Positions 20,218-29,749 of a stretch of DNA of 64,000 nucleotides are shown here, piece by piece. The notes under the pieces are model-generated. The model was given only the letters and a program-made list of their open reading frames with translations. It made no database searches and was not told where the DNA came from. Numbering within the stretch: the first letter of the stretch is position 1; every line of letters begins with the position of its first letter. The translations under genes and the position numbers were made by a program. This DNA comes from Deltaproteobacteria bacterium (GTDB taxonomy: Bacteria; Myxococcota_A; Polyangia; Nannocystales; Nannocystaceae): NCBI GenBank assembly GCA_016712475.1, contig JADJRA010000001.1, positions 1,733,414-1,797,413 on the forward strand, given 5' to 3'.

Positions 20218-21177
20218 ATGGTTAAACCGGAGGGCAGGTGGGGGAACGTACCGTCCGTGAGGCGTTCGTCGACTCCGTGGCTCTTGCTCGTTGCCTGCAA
20301 TTCGACCGGGGTCGGCCCCGTGGCGCTGAAGGAGCAGCCCAGCGGCACGACGGTGCGCGCCGTGAAGGTGAGCGGCAGGATGTCGACGATCCTTGGCCTC
20401 ACATCATCGACCGAGACCATCACGAGCGACATCCCGAAGGACAGCGCGTCGGGCGTGTTCGAGGTGCGCGTCGAAGAGACACCACCCGAGATCCTGCAGA
20501 TCGCCACCACGGCGACATGCCGCGTCGGCGATTTCACCATCGCCCAACCCTTGACGTGGAACGGCAGCATCGGCCACACCCCCGTCGGCGAGAGTCGCGA
20601 GTTCTCGGCGCAGTACCTGCCCTCCGCCGCCGCACCGGGGTTGCCCAGCGCCTGCGAGTTCTCCGCGTTCGCCGGCAGCATGCGTCCGGGCCCGAGCGTC
20701 GACATCACGCCGGTTCGGCTCGCGACCGCGTGCTGGCAGCCCGATGCGATCGTCGAGGGCTCGTGTCCGGCCGAGCGACTGCCGCGCACCGCGATCGACG
20801 AGCGCCTGCCGGCGTCGATCCCCGCGCTCGTCTCGAGCGGCGCGCGCATTCACGGCAGCGGCTACGCGGTACCGTTCTACTTCGTCGTCACGGCCAACAC
20901 GAACCAGCTCGAACGCGCGAGCGTGAACGCCAGGATCTCGTGCATCGTCGACGGCAAGGTGATCGAAGCCTCGGCGGACGCGCTCACACAGATCGATCAC
21001 CTCGCCGCCGGCGAATCGGTCCACGGACACGGCATTTCGTTCGCCCGCGCGCCGCTGCCGGCCAGACCCGAGTGGTGCACCGTCGAGTTCGAGCACACGT
21101 CGGCCGACGCTCCACGCGTGTCCATCGCGAGCTGGTGCATCCGCGACGGACACGCGACGGCTGGCGCATGCGCGTAG
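20218..21177 (+). CDS. Lipoprotein (hypothetical)
   Basis: ATG at 20218. ...SSTPWLLLVACNS has lipobox LVAC. 319 aa. Flanked by the two ~65-bp direct repeats. Confidence 0.55.
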   Translation: MVKPEGRWGNVPSVRRSSTPWLLLVACNSTGVGPVALKEQPSGTTVRAVKVSGRMSTILGLTSSTETITSDIPKDSASGVFEVRVEETPPEILQIATTATCRVGDFTIAQPLTWNGSIGHTPVGESREFSAQYLPSAAAPGLPSACEFSAFAGSMRPGPSVDITPVRLATACWQPDAIVEGSCPAERLPRTAIDERLPASIPALVSSGARIHGSGYAVPFYFVVTANTNQLERASVNARISCIVDGKVIEASADALTQIDHLAAGESVHGHGISFARAPLPARPEWCTVEFEHTSADAPRVSIASWCIRDGHATAGACA

Positions 21178-21197
21178 CGACGTGGGACGACGATCCG

Positions 21198-21263
21198 TTC
21201 GGCGACGCCGGCGACGGCGACATGTTCGTCTCGTCACTTGGCGGTCTGAATCGAGCCGTCGGG
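21198..21263. repeat. Direct repeat copy 2 (66 bp, degenerate, 1-nt insertion)
   Basis: ttcggcgacgccggcgacggcgacatgttcgtctcgtcacttggcggtctgaatcgagccgtcggg. Its reverse complement encodes the last 9 aa (PDGSIQTAK) of the anti-sigma gene on the minus strand. Confidence 0.8.
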
Positions 21264-21731
21264 ACCGACCGCGAGGTTCGGATCATCGCAGGCACAGGGC
21301 GCCCGCGTGCACGCGAGCACGCAGGCCGCCTGGGCGTCCGTCATCTCGCTGCGAACGGGCGCGTCGCCGCCCGCCGGCGGGCTCCCATCGGGCTGCGAGG
21401 CGTTCTTCTGGTAGCCGGGCCAGTCGTACAGCGGCAGCTCCTCCTCGTGCTTCGGTCGCGCGTCGGGGTCGGCCACGCTCAGCTCGTACATCGGGCAGTG
21501 GGCCCACGACACGGTGACCAGCCCGACCGCGAGCGCGCCGAGCACCATCACGCGCAGCCACTGCCGCACGAACGGGCCGAACTCGCGGCGCGGTCGCCAG
21601 GTGCCCTGGTCGGCCTCGGCCTCGAGCCGCGCGAGGAAGCGGCGGTGGGCCCCGTCGACGTCGCTCGAGTGTCGATCGAGCGCCGACTTGGCGCGGGAGA
21701 TCAGCTCGGCTCGTGATTCATCGGCGTTCAC
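21234..21731 (-). CDS. Putative anti-sigma factor (membrane-spanning)
   Basis: GTG start 3 nt after the sigma stop. Cytoplasmic N-terminus, TM helix WLRVMVLGALAVGLVTVSWA, and a Cys-containing periplasmic tail. Confidence 0.55.
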   Translation of the reverse strand: MNADESRAELISRAKSALDRHSSDVDGAHRRFLARLEAEADQGTWRPRREFGPFVRQWLRVMVLGALAVGLVTVSWAHCPMYELSVADPDARPKHEEELPLYDWPGYQKNASQPDGSPPAGGDAPVRSEMTDAQAACVLACTRAPCACDDPNLAVGPDGSIQTAK

Positions 21732-21734
21732 GGC

Positions 21735-22292
21735 TCACACTCTTCCTTCTCGCGCGCGCAGCTTGGCGACCGCAGCATCGAAGCGATCGCGACCCAGGCG
21801 GAGACGCGAATACACGGTGTTGACGGAGATCTCGAGCAGCGTCGCGACCTCGGGTGCCGACAACGCCTCGAACTCCATCAGCACGAAGACCTCGCGCAGC
21901 TTGCTCGACATCCCATCCATCGCCCGCAGCGCGAGCGCCAGGGCCTCGTTGTTGGCGACGTCACGCTCGGGATCGTCGGCGGCCGCCGGCAGGGCATCGA
22001 CGAGCTCGGGCCGTCGCACGCGGCGGCGGTTGCGGGCGACGCCGCGGGCGATGCCATACAGCCACGCCCGCGCCGGCCGCGAGGGGTCGAAGTCGGCGCG
22101 GCGGCGGTGCGCGATCACGAACACCTCCTGCGTCACGTCGTCGGCGTCGATCGGCGGCACACCGAGCCCGACCAGGGCCCGCAGCACGAACGGGTAGTGC
22201 TCGCGGAACGCCGAGGCGACGTCCAGCTCGCCGCTGCCGACCACGACGAGCGCCGCCGGGGCCGGCGCGGCCGGCGGGTCGTAGGCGCTCAT
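21735..22292 (-). CDS. ECF-family RNA polymerase sigma factor
   Basis: ATG at 22292 (MSAYDPPAAP...). Region 2 FREHYPFVLRALVGLGV..DADDVTQEVFVIAHRR. Region 4 VFVLMEFEALSAPEVATLLEISVNTVYSRLRLGR. Confidence 0.8.
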   Translation of the reverse strand: MSAYDPPAAPAPAALVVVGSGELDVASAFREHYPFVLRALVGLGVPPIDADDVTQEVFVIAHRRRADFDPSRPARAWLYGIARGVARNRRRVRRPELVDALPAAADDPERDVANNEALALALRAMDGMSSKLREVFVLMEFEALSAPEVATLLEISVNTVYSRLRLGRDRFDAAVAKLRAREGRV

Positions 22293-22343
22293 CAGGCACG
22301 ATTCTGCCACGACCTGGATTTGTCGCGGCCGCGCCCGATCCGT

Positions 22344-22390
22344 CAGTGGCGTCGGCAGTGGCGTCGGCAGTGGCGTCGGCAGTGGCCCTG
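22344..22390. repeat. 12-bp tandem repeat (cagtggcgtcgg) x ~3.7 in the ECF sigma upstream region
   Basis: tcagtggcgtcggcagtggcgtcggcagtggcgtcggcagtggcc. Lies between the msrB stop (22394) and the sigma start (22292) on the minus strand. Confidence 0.85.
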
Positions 22391-22393
22391 GTT

Positions 22394-22834
<441 letters not shown>

Positions 22835-22877
22835 CTTGCGGCGCCAAGCCTGACACGGCCCCGCGGGCGCGGCAAAG

Positions 22878-23741
22878 CTACGCGACGCGACGCGCGTAGA
22901 CCTCGAACGAGGTGCCGAGTCCGACGCGGTCCATCCACGTCGCCGGCAAGGCCGCGGCGTGACCGAGCACCTGCGAGAGCGCGACCGCAGGAGCCGAGCC
23001 ACCCAGTGCGTGGCGTCGCAGCGCACGGGCCAGCGTCTGCGGCCCGAGGTTGGAGAAGCTGGTCCACCGCACCGGCTCGAGGCCGACCCGCCGCAGCAGC
23101 GTACGCAGCCCCTCGCGCGTGAAGAGGGCGAGGTGATCGGGCGGCGTGATCATCGGGAAGCGGCGACCCATCAGTCGCGCCGGCATGCCCGACATGCTCG
23201 GAGTCGACAGCGCAACGATGCCCGCAGGTTCGAGCCACTGCACCATCGTGCGCAGCGCCGCGTGAGGATCGGGGAGGTGCTCGATCACCTCCCACAGCGC
23301 GAGCGCCTGCCATGGTCGCGGCGGCTCGTATTGCTCGAGCCAGGTGGTGTGCACGACGTGCCCGCGCGCACGCGCAGCCGCGGCGGTGCGGGCCGGATCG
23401 ACGCCCTCGATCTCGAGCCCGATGGCCTTGGCCGCGTCGAGGAAGTGACCGGGCCCGCAGCCGACCTCGATCACGCGATGGGCTCCGAGCTCGGCGACCA
23501 CACGGGCGCGCGCGTCGGCCTCCGCCCGCATGCGCACGGCGGCGTCCTGCGCGGTCTCGTGGTAGTCGGGCTGCAGGTACGTCGCCTGCACGATGTCACG
23601 GGGGGGCAGCGGCGCGACGAAGAGCGTCCCGCAGTCGCGGCAACGCACGAGCGGGTGCCCGGCGACCTCGAAGGCCCACTGCGATCGTGCGCACGCGCAG
23701 GCCGGACACGGACGCAAACCCTCTGCCACGCGCGCGCTCAC
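22878..23741 (-). CDS. Class I SAM-dependent methyltransferase
   Basis: N-terminal Cys4 zinc ribbon (CPACACAR..CRDCG). Motif I VIEVGCGPGHFL, followed by the Methyltransf_11/23-like fold. Confidence 0.75.
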   Translation of the reverse strand: MSARVAEGLRPCPACACARSQWAFEVAGHPLVRCRDCGTLFVAPLPPRDIVQATYLQPDYHETAQDAAVRMRAEADARARVVAELGAHRVIEVGCGPGHFLDAAKAIGLEIEGVDPARTAAAARARGHVVHTTWLEQYEPPRPWQALALWEVIEHLPDPHAALRTMVQWLEPAGIVALSTPSMSGMPARLMGRRFPMITPPDHLALFTREGLRTLLRRVGLEPVRWTSFSNLGPQTLARALRRHALGGSAPAVALSQVLGHAAALPATWMDRVGLGTSFEVYARRVA

Positions 23742-23791
23742 CGTCGACGGCGACGATAGCAGAGCGCGCGCGCGGCCGTCAGCTCGTGGAT

Positions 23792-23961
23792 CTCAGCAGT
23801 CGCACGGGCACGGGCAATCGTCGCAGTCGCAGAGGTCGCCGCACGGGCAAGGGCTCGCTGCATCGGCGCCGACGACGGGTGCCGTGGCGCCGGGTGCGAC
23901 GGCGCAGCCGCAGCCGCAGCCCGCGAGGTTGGTGGGGGTGGGGGTGGTGTTGCTGTCGTTC
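23792..23961 (-). CDS. Cys-rich metallothionein-like small protein (56 aa)
   Basis: Hand translation of the minus strand gives MNDSNTTPTPTNLAGCGCGCAVAPGATAPVVGADAASPCPCGDLCDCDDCPCPCDC*. 11 Cys, almost all codons end in G/C. AGGGA sits just upstream of the ATG. Starts 32 nt after the CorE-like sigma stop. Confidence 0.5.
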
Positions 23962-23993
23962 ATGTCCCTGCCGACGCGCGCACCGACCCGGCA

Positions 23994-24581
23994 TTACGAC
24001 GGTGGCAGTGGATGATCGCAGCTGCAGTCGCCACAGCCACCATCGGCACAGCTGCCGCAGCACTGCGCGAGCGCGCGGCGCAGGCGTTCGCGCGCACGGA
24101 ACAGGCGCACGCCGGCCGCGTTCGGCGTGATGCCGACCTCGGCCGCGACGTCCTTCACCGCGGCGCCTTCGAGGTCGACGCGGCGCAGCACCGTGGCTTG
24201 ATCGTGGGGCAGCGCATGCGCGAGTGTCAGCAGACAGCTGCAGATCTCGGCGCGCTCGTCGGGTGCTGGCTCGGGCGCGCGCTCGAGCGCCCGCGCCAGC
24301 TCGTCGAGCTTGCGCGCGAAGGTGTCGTCGCGCCGGCGGTGATCGATCACCGCGTTGCGCAGCATCCGGTAGAACCACGCCACCACCGACTCGTGATCCC
24401 GCAGCTGATCGATGCGCTCGAGCGAGCGCACGAACGCCGTCTGCAGGAGATCCTCGGCCAGCGCCGGGTCGTGCACGCGGCGCTGCACGAACCCGAGGAA
24501 CGCGCGCCAGCTCGGCAGCAGCGCGTCGATCGGCGAGGACTCGGGTTGATCGTGCATCGTGGGGCGGATCTCGTGGTTCAT
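23994..24581 (-). CDS. CorE-like ECF sigma factor with C-terminal Cys-rich domain
   Basis: GGGAGG Shine-Dalgarno 6 nt before ATG at 24581 (MNHEIRP...). ECF regions 2 and 4 (VLRRVDLEGAAVKDVAAEVGITPNAAGVRLFRARERLRRAL). Tail QCCGSCADGGCGDCSCDH resembles the metal-sensing Cys-rich domain of M. xanthus CorE. Confidence 0.75.
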   Translation of the reverse strand: MNHEIRPTMHDQPESSPIDALLPSWRAFLGFVQRRVHDPALAEDLLQTAFVRSLERIDQLRDHESVVAWFYRMLRNAVIDHRRRDDTFARKLDELARALERAPEPAPDERAEICSCLLTLAHALPHDQATVLRRVDLEGAAVKDVAAEVGITPNAAGVRLFRARERLRRALAQCCGSCADGGCGDCSCDHPLPPS

Positions 24582-24684
24582 CGTAGCCTCCCAGGTCGGC
24601 GGTGCCAGCACCGCGCACGCGCGGCGTAGCGCGCCCGGTCGTACGCCGACGTGCGGCGCTGCGGCGTATTACCGCGCCGGGCGG

Positions 24685-25860
24685 TCACGCCTCGCGCGGT
24701 GACCAGCGCCACCACGCACCGAGCTGCACCGCCTCGGCCAGCGCCAGCGCCAGCGGCGACGCCACCGGCCCCCACAACAGCGCGCCGCCGCCCAGCGCCG
24801 CGGCGCGCAGCCCCAGGCCCACGAGGTCCCAGGACACGAGGCCGCCGGGGTCGCGTGCGACGCGGAGCTGACGGCCGATGGTGTTGGCCAGTCGCAGCGC
24901 AGCGAAGGGGGCCGACGCGAGCACGAGCAGATCGATGCGGTCGGCGACCTGCCAGCCGGCCGCGCGATCGATGATCGCGGCGCTCGGCGGCCACGCCAGC
25001 ACGCCGGCCATCGCGACCACGCCGACGCCGGCGACGACGCCCCCCAGCAGCGCCCAGCGACGCAGGCTCGCGACCTCGGCGAGCCCCGCCACACCACCGA
25101 CGCGCAGCGCGAGGATGGTCGCGCCCGCGGTCGGCACCGCGAGGATCGCGTTGACGAAGAAGTAGCCGTAGCTGAGCAACGCGAAGTCACCATCGCCTAG
25201 CACGTACAGGGACATCATCGAGTCGACCAGGCCGAGGTTCACGTAGACCAGCGTGTCGAGATAGAGCGCGAAGCCAGGCGCACGCGCCTTCGGCATCGCG
25301 CTGCCCGGCGCATCGTCGCTGCCGCGTCGCAGCGCCGACGGCAGCAGCACCAGCGCGGCCAGCAACAGGCCGCCGGCGAGCCCACCGATCGCGCCGCGGG
25401 CCAACGAGCCGCCGCTGCCCGCGACCCACAGCGTGCCGACCACCGTGCCCAGCGGCGGCAGCCAGTCGACCATCACGCCCAGCCGCTCGTGACCGTGGCG
25501 CTCCGAGAGCGCCCGCACTGCGCCGCCGTACGCCGCGATCACGACGCACAGCGCGAACACCAGGCTCTCGATCGACCACCACGCCGGCCGCGGGATCACG
25601 ATCGCGAGGCTCGCGGTCGCAGCAAAGGCGACCGCGCTGCAGCTGGCCAGGCCGGTGCGCGCCAGCGCGGCCCCCGAGGGCCCCGGCGGCAGCGGGATCC
25701 ACCGCGCCCGCAGCAAGGCGAGCGTGAAGCTGCGGGTCGCGTTCACCACCACCACGCCGCGGAAGAACAGGTCGGCGCCCTCGGTGGCCTGCAGCTGCCG
25801 TGCAATCACCAGCTCGCGGACCATGCCGAGCAGCAGCGTCGCGGCCGACAGCGCGGCCAT
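24685..25860 (-). CDS. Polytopic membrane protein, MOP-superfamily (MurJ/Wzx-like) flippase candidate
   Basis: ATG at 25860 (MAALSAATLLLGMVRELVIARQLQATEGADLFFRGVVVVNATRSF, reminiscent of the MurJ N-terminus). About 10 predicted TM helices. 391 aa is short for MurJ, so the assignment is tentative. Confidence 0.45.
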   Translation of the reverse strand: MAALSAATLLLGMVRELVIARQLQATEGADLFFRGVVVVNATRSFTLALLRARWIPLPPGPSGAALARTGLASCSAVAFAATASLAIVIPRPAWWSIESLVFALCVVIAAYGGAVRALSERHGHERLGVMVDWLPPLGTVVGTLWVAGSGGSLARGAIGGLAGGLLLAALVLLPSALRRGSDDAPGSAMPKARAPGFALYLDTLVYVNLGLVDSMMSLYVLGDGDFALLSYGYFFVNAILAVPTAGATILALRVGGVAGLAEVASLRRWALLGGVVAGVGVVAMAGVLAWPPSAAIIDRAAGWQVADRIDLLVLASAPFAALRLANTIGRQLRVARDPGGLVSWDLVGLGLRAAALGGGALLWGPVASPLALALAEAVQLGAWWRWSPREA

Positions 25861-25886
25861 CCATGCGAAGGTCCGCCGCGCCGCGC

Positions 25887-26504
25887 TCACGTGCCCCACT
25901 CGGCCGGCACGTCGGGCGACGACAGCTTGCCCTTGATGTGCAGCAGCGTCGCGGTCACGCGGGCGAAGGCTTCGCGCACCGGCGCCGCGATCGCCTCGCC
26001 GTCGACCAGCGACAACACCCGCAGCGCGGCCTCGAAGGTCGACATGCCGCGGGGGTCGTGCTGCGTGCGCACGGTCCAGAACGACGGCGGCCCCGGCGGC
26101 AACGCCACACACGGCAGCTCGCGCACGAGCGGTGCACGTCGCGACATCCGCGAGCACTGATGCCAGGTGCCGTCGAGCAGCACGATGCCGCGGGGCCGGC
26201 TCGCGAGCTGGCCACCGCTTGGGGCAACGTCGAGCTCGGGTGCGCCTTCGCGGGGGAACAGCACCGACCAGTCGATGGCGTCGTCGGCGATGGGCCCGGG
26301 GTCGAACGCGGGCTCGCGCATGCCGTAGGGCACGATCGTGACGCCCTCGACCATGCGCTCGAAGAGTCGTGCGGTGTTGGTCGGCTTGGGCGCCTCGCGG
26401 GCGTGCTGCACGATCGCGAAGCGCACGCTCGAGCGCACCCGCGGGAACGTGGCGCACAGGCAGGTCTCGGGCGTCAGGCTGCACCCCCGGCAACGGGGCT
26501 TCAT
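25887..26504 (-). CDS. DTW-domain protein (second copy in window)
   Basis: ATG at 26504 (MKPRCRGCSLTPETCLCATFP...). IVLLDGTWHQ is the DTW motif. 205 aa. Confidence 0.7.
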   Translation of the reverse strand: MKPRCRGCSLTPETCLCATFPRVRSSVRFAIVQHAREAPKPTNTARLFERMVEGVTIVPYGMREPAFDPGPIADDAIDWSVLFPREGAPELDVAPSGGQLASRPRGIVLLDGTWHQCSRMSRRAPLVRELPCVALPPGPPSFWTVRTQHDPRGMSTFEAALRVLSLVDGEAIAAPVREAFARVTATLLHIKGKLSSPDVPAEWGT

Positions 26505-26589
26505 GCGGCTGCGAGCGCTCACGGGGCCCGCACGATAGCACCGACCGCCGCCGACGGTCGCAGGGCGCCGACGTGACCGGCAGGCTGCT

Positions 26590-27972
26590 TCAGAGCGCGT
26601 AGATCTCGACGTCGTCGACCCAGACGCTCTCGATGCCGGCCCAGTTGTACAGATCGACCGCGAAGCTGCCGGTTGCGTCCTGCAGCTCGGGGGTCGTGTC
26701 GAGGATGTCGATGAACCAGTCGGTGGGCTCGGGGTCGGTCGCGAGCCACACCTTGCCGCGCAGCTGCGTGCCGCCCGGCAGCTGCAGGACTTGGTAGCGC
26801 ATGCGGTACACCGTGCCCGGCTGCAGGCCGCCGGGGATCGGATCGAAGCTCGCCGACGACAGCGTCTCGATGCCCGCGACCTCGTGCCAGATGCCGAGCG
26901 ACTGCAGATAGAAGCCCTCGAGGAACAGCGCGTAGCCCTGCCCGGGCGGATCGGTTTGGTCGAGCGAGCCGCCGTTCTGCCGCGCGTAGAGCCCGAAGCC
27001 CTGCGAGTTCCAGTCGGTGAACTCGATCGACGCGTACATCTCGGCGTCGCGCAGATCGAAGCCCGGCAGCACGATGCGTGCGGTCCCACCGGTGATGCCC
27101 GACAGCTCGCCACGACCGTTCTGGATCGTCGCCGACAGCACGTTGTCGCCGACGATCATCCACGGCGACGGCCATGGATCGCCGTCGTTGCCGTCGAATG
27201 ACTCGGTGAAGATCGGCAGCTCGCCCATCATGCCGCCGCTGGTGCCGCCGTCGCTCGAGCTGCCGCCGCCCTCGGTGAGCCCGACGGTATCGATGCCTCC
27301 GCTCGTGGCCATGCCGCCGTCGCTGCCACCACTCGTACCCGTGACGACGTCGCCACTCGTGCCCGTGACGACGTCGCCACTCGTGCCCGTGACGACATCG
27401 CCGCTCGTGCCCGTGACGCCATCGCCACTCGTGCCCGTGACGACGTCGCCGCTCGTGCCCGTGACGACGTCGCCACTCGTGCCCGTCGCGACGTCACCAC
27501 TCGTGCCCGTGACGACATCGCCACTCGTGCCCGTGACGACGTCGCCACTCGTGCCCGTCGCGACGTCGCCGCTCGTGCCCGTCGCGGTGCCGTCACCGCG
27601 GGAGGTCGTGTCGCTGCCCGAGCCGGCGCTGGTGTTGCCCTCGGTCGTGCCGCTGCCCTCGCCCCCGGTGCTGCTGCCCTCGCTGGCGCTGGTCGTGCTC
27701 GTGCCGTGGGTCTCGGACCCGGTGGTGTCCGCGGCCGTGGTGCCAGGCCCGGTGGTGCCAGGCCCGGTGGTGCCAGGCCCGGTGGTCGAACCGGTGCCAC
27801 CCGAGCTGTCGACGCTGCCGGTCGACGCGCTCGCGGAGCTCGCGTCGCCACCGCTGCTCGAGCCGGTGATCGATGGATCCTCGGTGACGTCCCCCGTGCA
27901 GGCCCCAGTGACCCACAGGGACGCCACGGCGATCGCTCGATACCAAGGTGCGTTCATGACCATGTCGCGATG
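26590..27972 (-). CDS. Lipoprotein with Thr/Gly/Ser-rich tandem-repeat linker and C-terminal globular domain
   Basis: MVMNAPWYRAIAVASLWVTGACTG (lipobox VTGAC). About 10 copies of TGTSGDVV. The C-terminal ~200 aa looks like a beta-sandwich. Confidence 0.7.
   Translation of the reverse strand, partial: HRDMVMNAPWYRAIAVASLWVTGACTGDVTEDPSITGSSSGGDASSASASTGSVDSSGGTGSTTGPGTTGPGTTGPGTTAADTTGSETHGTSTTSASEGSSTGGEGSGTTEGNTSAGSGSDTTSRGDGTATGTSGDVATGTSGDVVTGTSGDVVTGTSGDVATGTSGDVVTGTSGDVVTGTSGDGVTGTSGDVVTGTSGDVVTGTSGDVVTGTSGGSDGGMATSGGIDTVGLTEGGGSSSDGGTSGGMMGELPIFTESFDGNDGDPWPSPWMIVGDNVLSATIQNGRGELSGITGGTARIVLPGFDLRDAEMYASIEFTDWNSQGFGLYARQNGGSLDQTDPPGQGYALFLEGFYLQSLGIWHEVAGIETLSSASFDPIPGGLQPGTVYRMRYQVLQLPGGTQLRGKVWLATDPEPTDWFIDILDTTPELQDATGSFAVDLYNWAGIESVWVDDVEIYAL
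27330..27595. repeat. 24-bp tandem repeat array (~10.5 copies) inside the lipoprotein gene
   Basis: Unit actcgtgcccgtgacgacgtcgcc with point variants (ccactcgtgcccgtgacgac[a/g]tcgcc...). It encodes TGTSGDV[V/A] on the minus strand. Confidence 0.85.
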
Positions 27973-28312
27973 CGCCTCCCTGCGCACGTCATTGCGGCCA
28001 GGGTATCACGGTCGGCAGGCCATTCGGCCACTCGGCACCGCCGCACCCGCAAGCGTTTGGATTGCACGTCGATGTCACCGCGCGGTGTCGCGCGGGTCCT
28101 GACGGGGCGACGCGAATGCCGACATGGCGGCGCGTCGATCGAAATGGACAGGAGTTCCCCGATACGACGCGAGGCGGAGCGCAGCGTCCGCTCCGCACGA
28201 TCGAGTCGATCGAGTCGATCTTCGTCGATCTTCGTCGCATCATCCGAGCGCACGCTCGGAAGGTGCATCGTGATACACCGAAGATGGGCGACAACGCTTC
28301 GCCGATGTCGAG

Positions 28313-29749
28313 ATGCCGACCTATCGCTTGATCGTCGAGGTCTCCCCGAACGCGATGCTGCTGGTCGACCGCGACCGTCGCATCGAGATGGTCAACCGCA
28401 GCGCCGAGCAGCTGTTCGGCTACTCGCGCGCGGAGCTGCTAGGGCAGGCGGTCGAGATGCTGATCCCGGAGCACCTCCGCGACGCCCACGCGGCCCACGT
28501 CCACGGGTTCTACGGGGCGCCGCAGTCCCGCGCGATGGGAGCCGGGCGCGATCTGCATGGTCTGCGCAAGGACGGCACGCAGGTACCAATCGAGATCGGG
28601 CTCAACCCGATCGAGACCCCGGAAGGGCTGTTCATGTTGGCGTCGATCATCGACATCACCGAGCGCAAGCGGGCCGATCGGGCCTTCCGCGCGGTGGTCG
28701 AGGCCTCGCCCAGCGCCATGCTGATGGTCGATGCGAGCGGCACGATCCGCCTGGTCAATCGTGGCATCGAGGAGCTGTTCGGCTACCCCCGCGAGGAGCT
28801 CATCGGTCGTGCGGTCGACGTGCTGCTGCCCGACGACGTTCGCGCGCGGCATCCCGAGCTCGTGGCGAGCTACTTCGCCACGCCGGAGTCGCGGCCCATG
28901 GGCGCAGGACGCGAGCTGTTCGGTCGTCGCAAGGACGGCAGCGTGGTCCCGATCGAGATCGGCCTGAGTCCGATCGACATCGAGGCCGGGCAGTTCACGC
29001 TCGCCGCGATCCACGACATCACCGAGCGCGCGCGTCGGGACCAGGAGCTGCGCAGGAGCAACGCCGACCTCGAGCGCTTCGCGTACATCGCCTCGCATGA
29101 CCTGCAAGAGCCCCTGCGCATGGTCGCCAACTACACCGAGCTGCTCGGCCAGCGCTACCGCGGGCAGCTCGACGACAGGGCCGACAAGTACATCCACTAC
29201 GCCACCGACGGTGCCAAGCGGATGCAGCAGCTGATCCGCGATCTGCTCGCGTACTCGCGCGTGGGTGCCGAGGGGAAGCCGATGGTCGCCGTCGAGGTCG
29301 GCACCGTGATGGAGCGCGTGCGGCGGAGCCTGGGCCCGACGATCCTCGAGCACGAGGCGACGCTGAAGGTCGGGCCACTACCCACCGTGCGGGCGGACCC
29401 GAGCCAGCTCGAGCAGCTGCTGCAGAACCTCGTCGCCAACGCGATCAAGTTCCACGACGACGCACCCCCGGTGGTCGAGGTCAGCGCTGCGCTCGAGCGC
29501 GGCCGGTGGTGCTTCGCCGTGCGCGACAACGGCATCGGCATCGACGCCGAGTACGCCACCCGCATCTTCGAGATGTTCCAACGCCTGCACGAGCGCGGAC
29601 GCTACGAGGGCAGCGGTATCGGGCTCGCGATCGCCAAGCGCATCGTCGAGCGACACGGCGGTGAGCTCTGGTTCACCTCGACGCCCGGGATCGGCACGAC
29701 GTTCTTCTTCACCCTCCAACCCACGTCGGGATCGCCCTCATCGCCATGA
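28313..29749 (+). CDS. Cytoplasmic sensor histidine kinase (PAS-PAS-HisKA-HATPase)
   Basis: Two PAS domains (repeated ...LFGYSR.EL.G..V..L.P...R..H). H-box FAYIASHDLQEPLR. N/G1/G2 boxes (NAIKF, DNGIGID, GSGIGLAIAKRIV). Confidence 0.85.
   Translation: MPTYRLIVEVSPNAMLLVDRDRRIEMVNRSAEQLFGYSRAELLGQAVEMLIPEHLRDAHAAHVHGFYGAPQSRAMGAGRDLHGLRKDGTQVPIEIGLNPIETPEGLFMLASIIDITERKRADRAFRAVVEASPSAMLMVDASGTIRLVNRGIEELFGYPREELIGRAVDVLLPDDVRARHPELVASYFATPESRPMGAGRELFGRRKDGSVVPIEIGLSPIDIEAGQFTLAAIHDITERARRDQELRRSNADLERFAYIASHDLQEPLRMVANYTELLGQRYRGQLDDRADKYIHYATDGAKRMQQLIRDLLAYSRVGAEGKPMVAVEVGTVMERVRRSLGPTILEHEATLKVGPLPTVRADPSQLEQLLQNLVANAIKFHDDAPPVVEVSAALERGRWCFAVRDNGIGIDAEYATRIFEMFQRLHERGRYEGSGIGLAIAKRIVERHGGELWFTSTPGIGTTFFFTLQPTSGSPSSP

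Noticed and set aside
24683-24704. Hairpin ggtcacgc-ctcgc-gcggtgacc at the end of the MOP-like membrane-protein gene
   Set aside because: It overlaps the stop codon and lacks a U-tract. It may be a weak terminator but cannot be supported beyond the inverted repeat itself.
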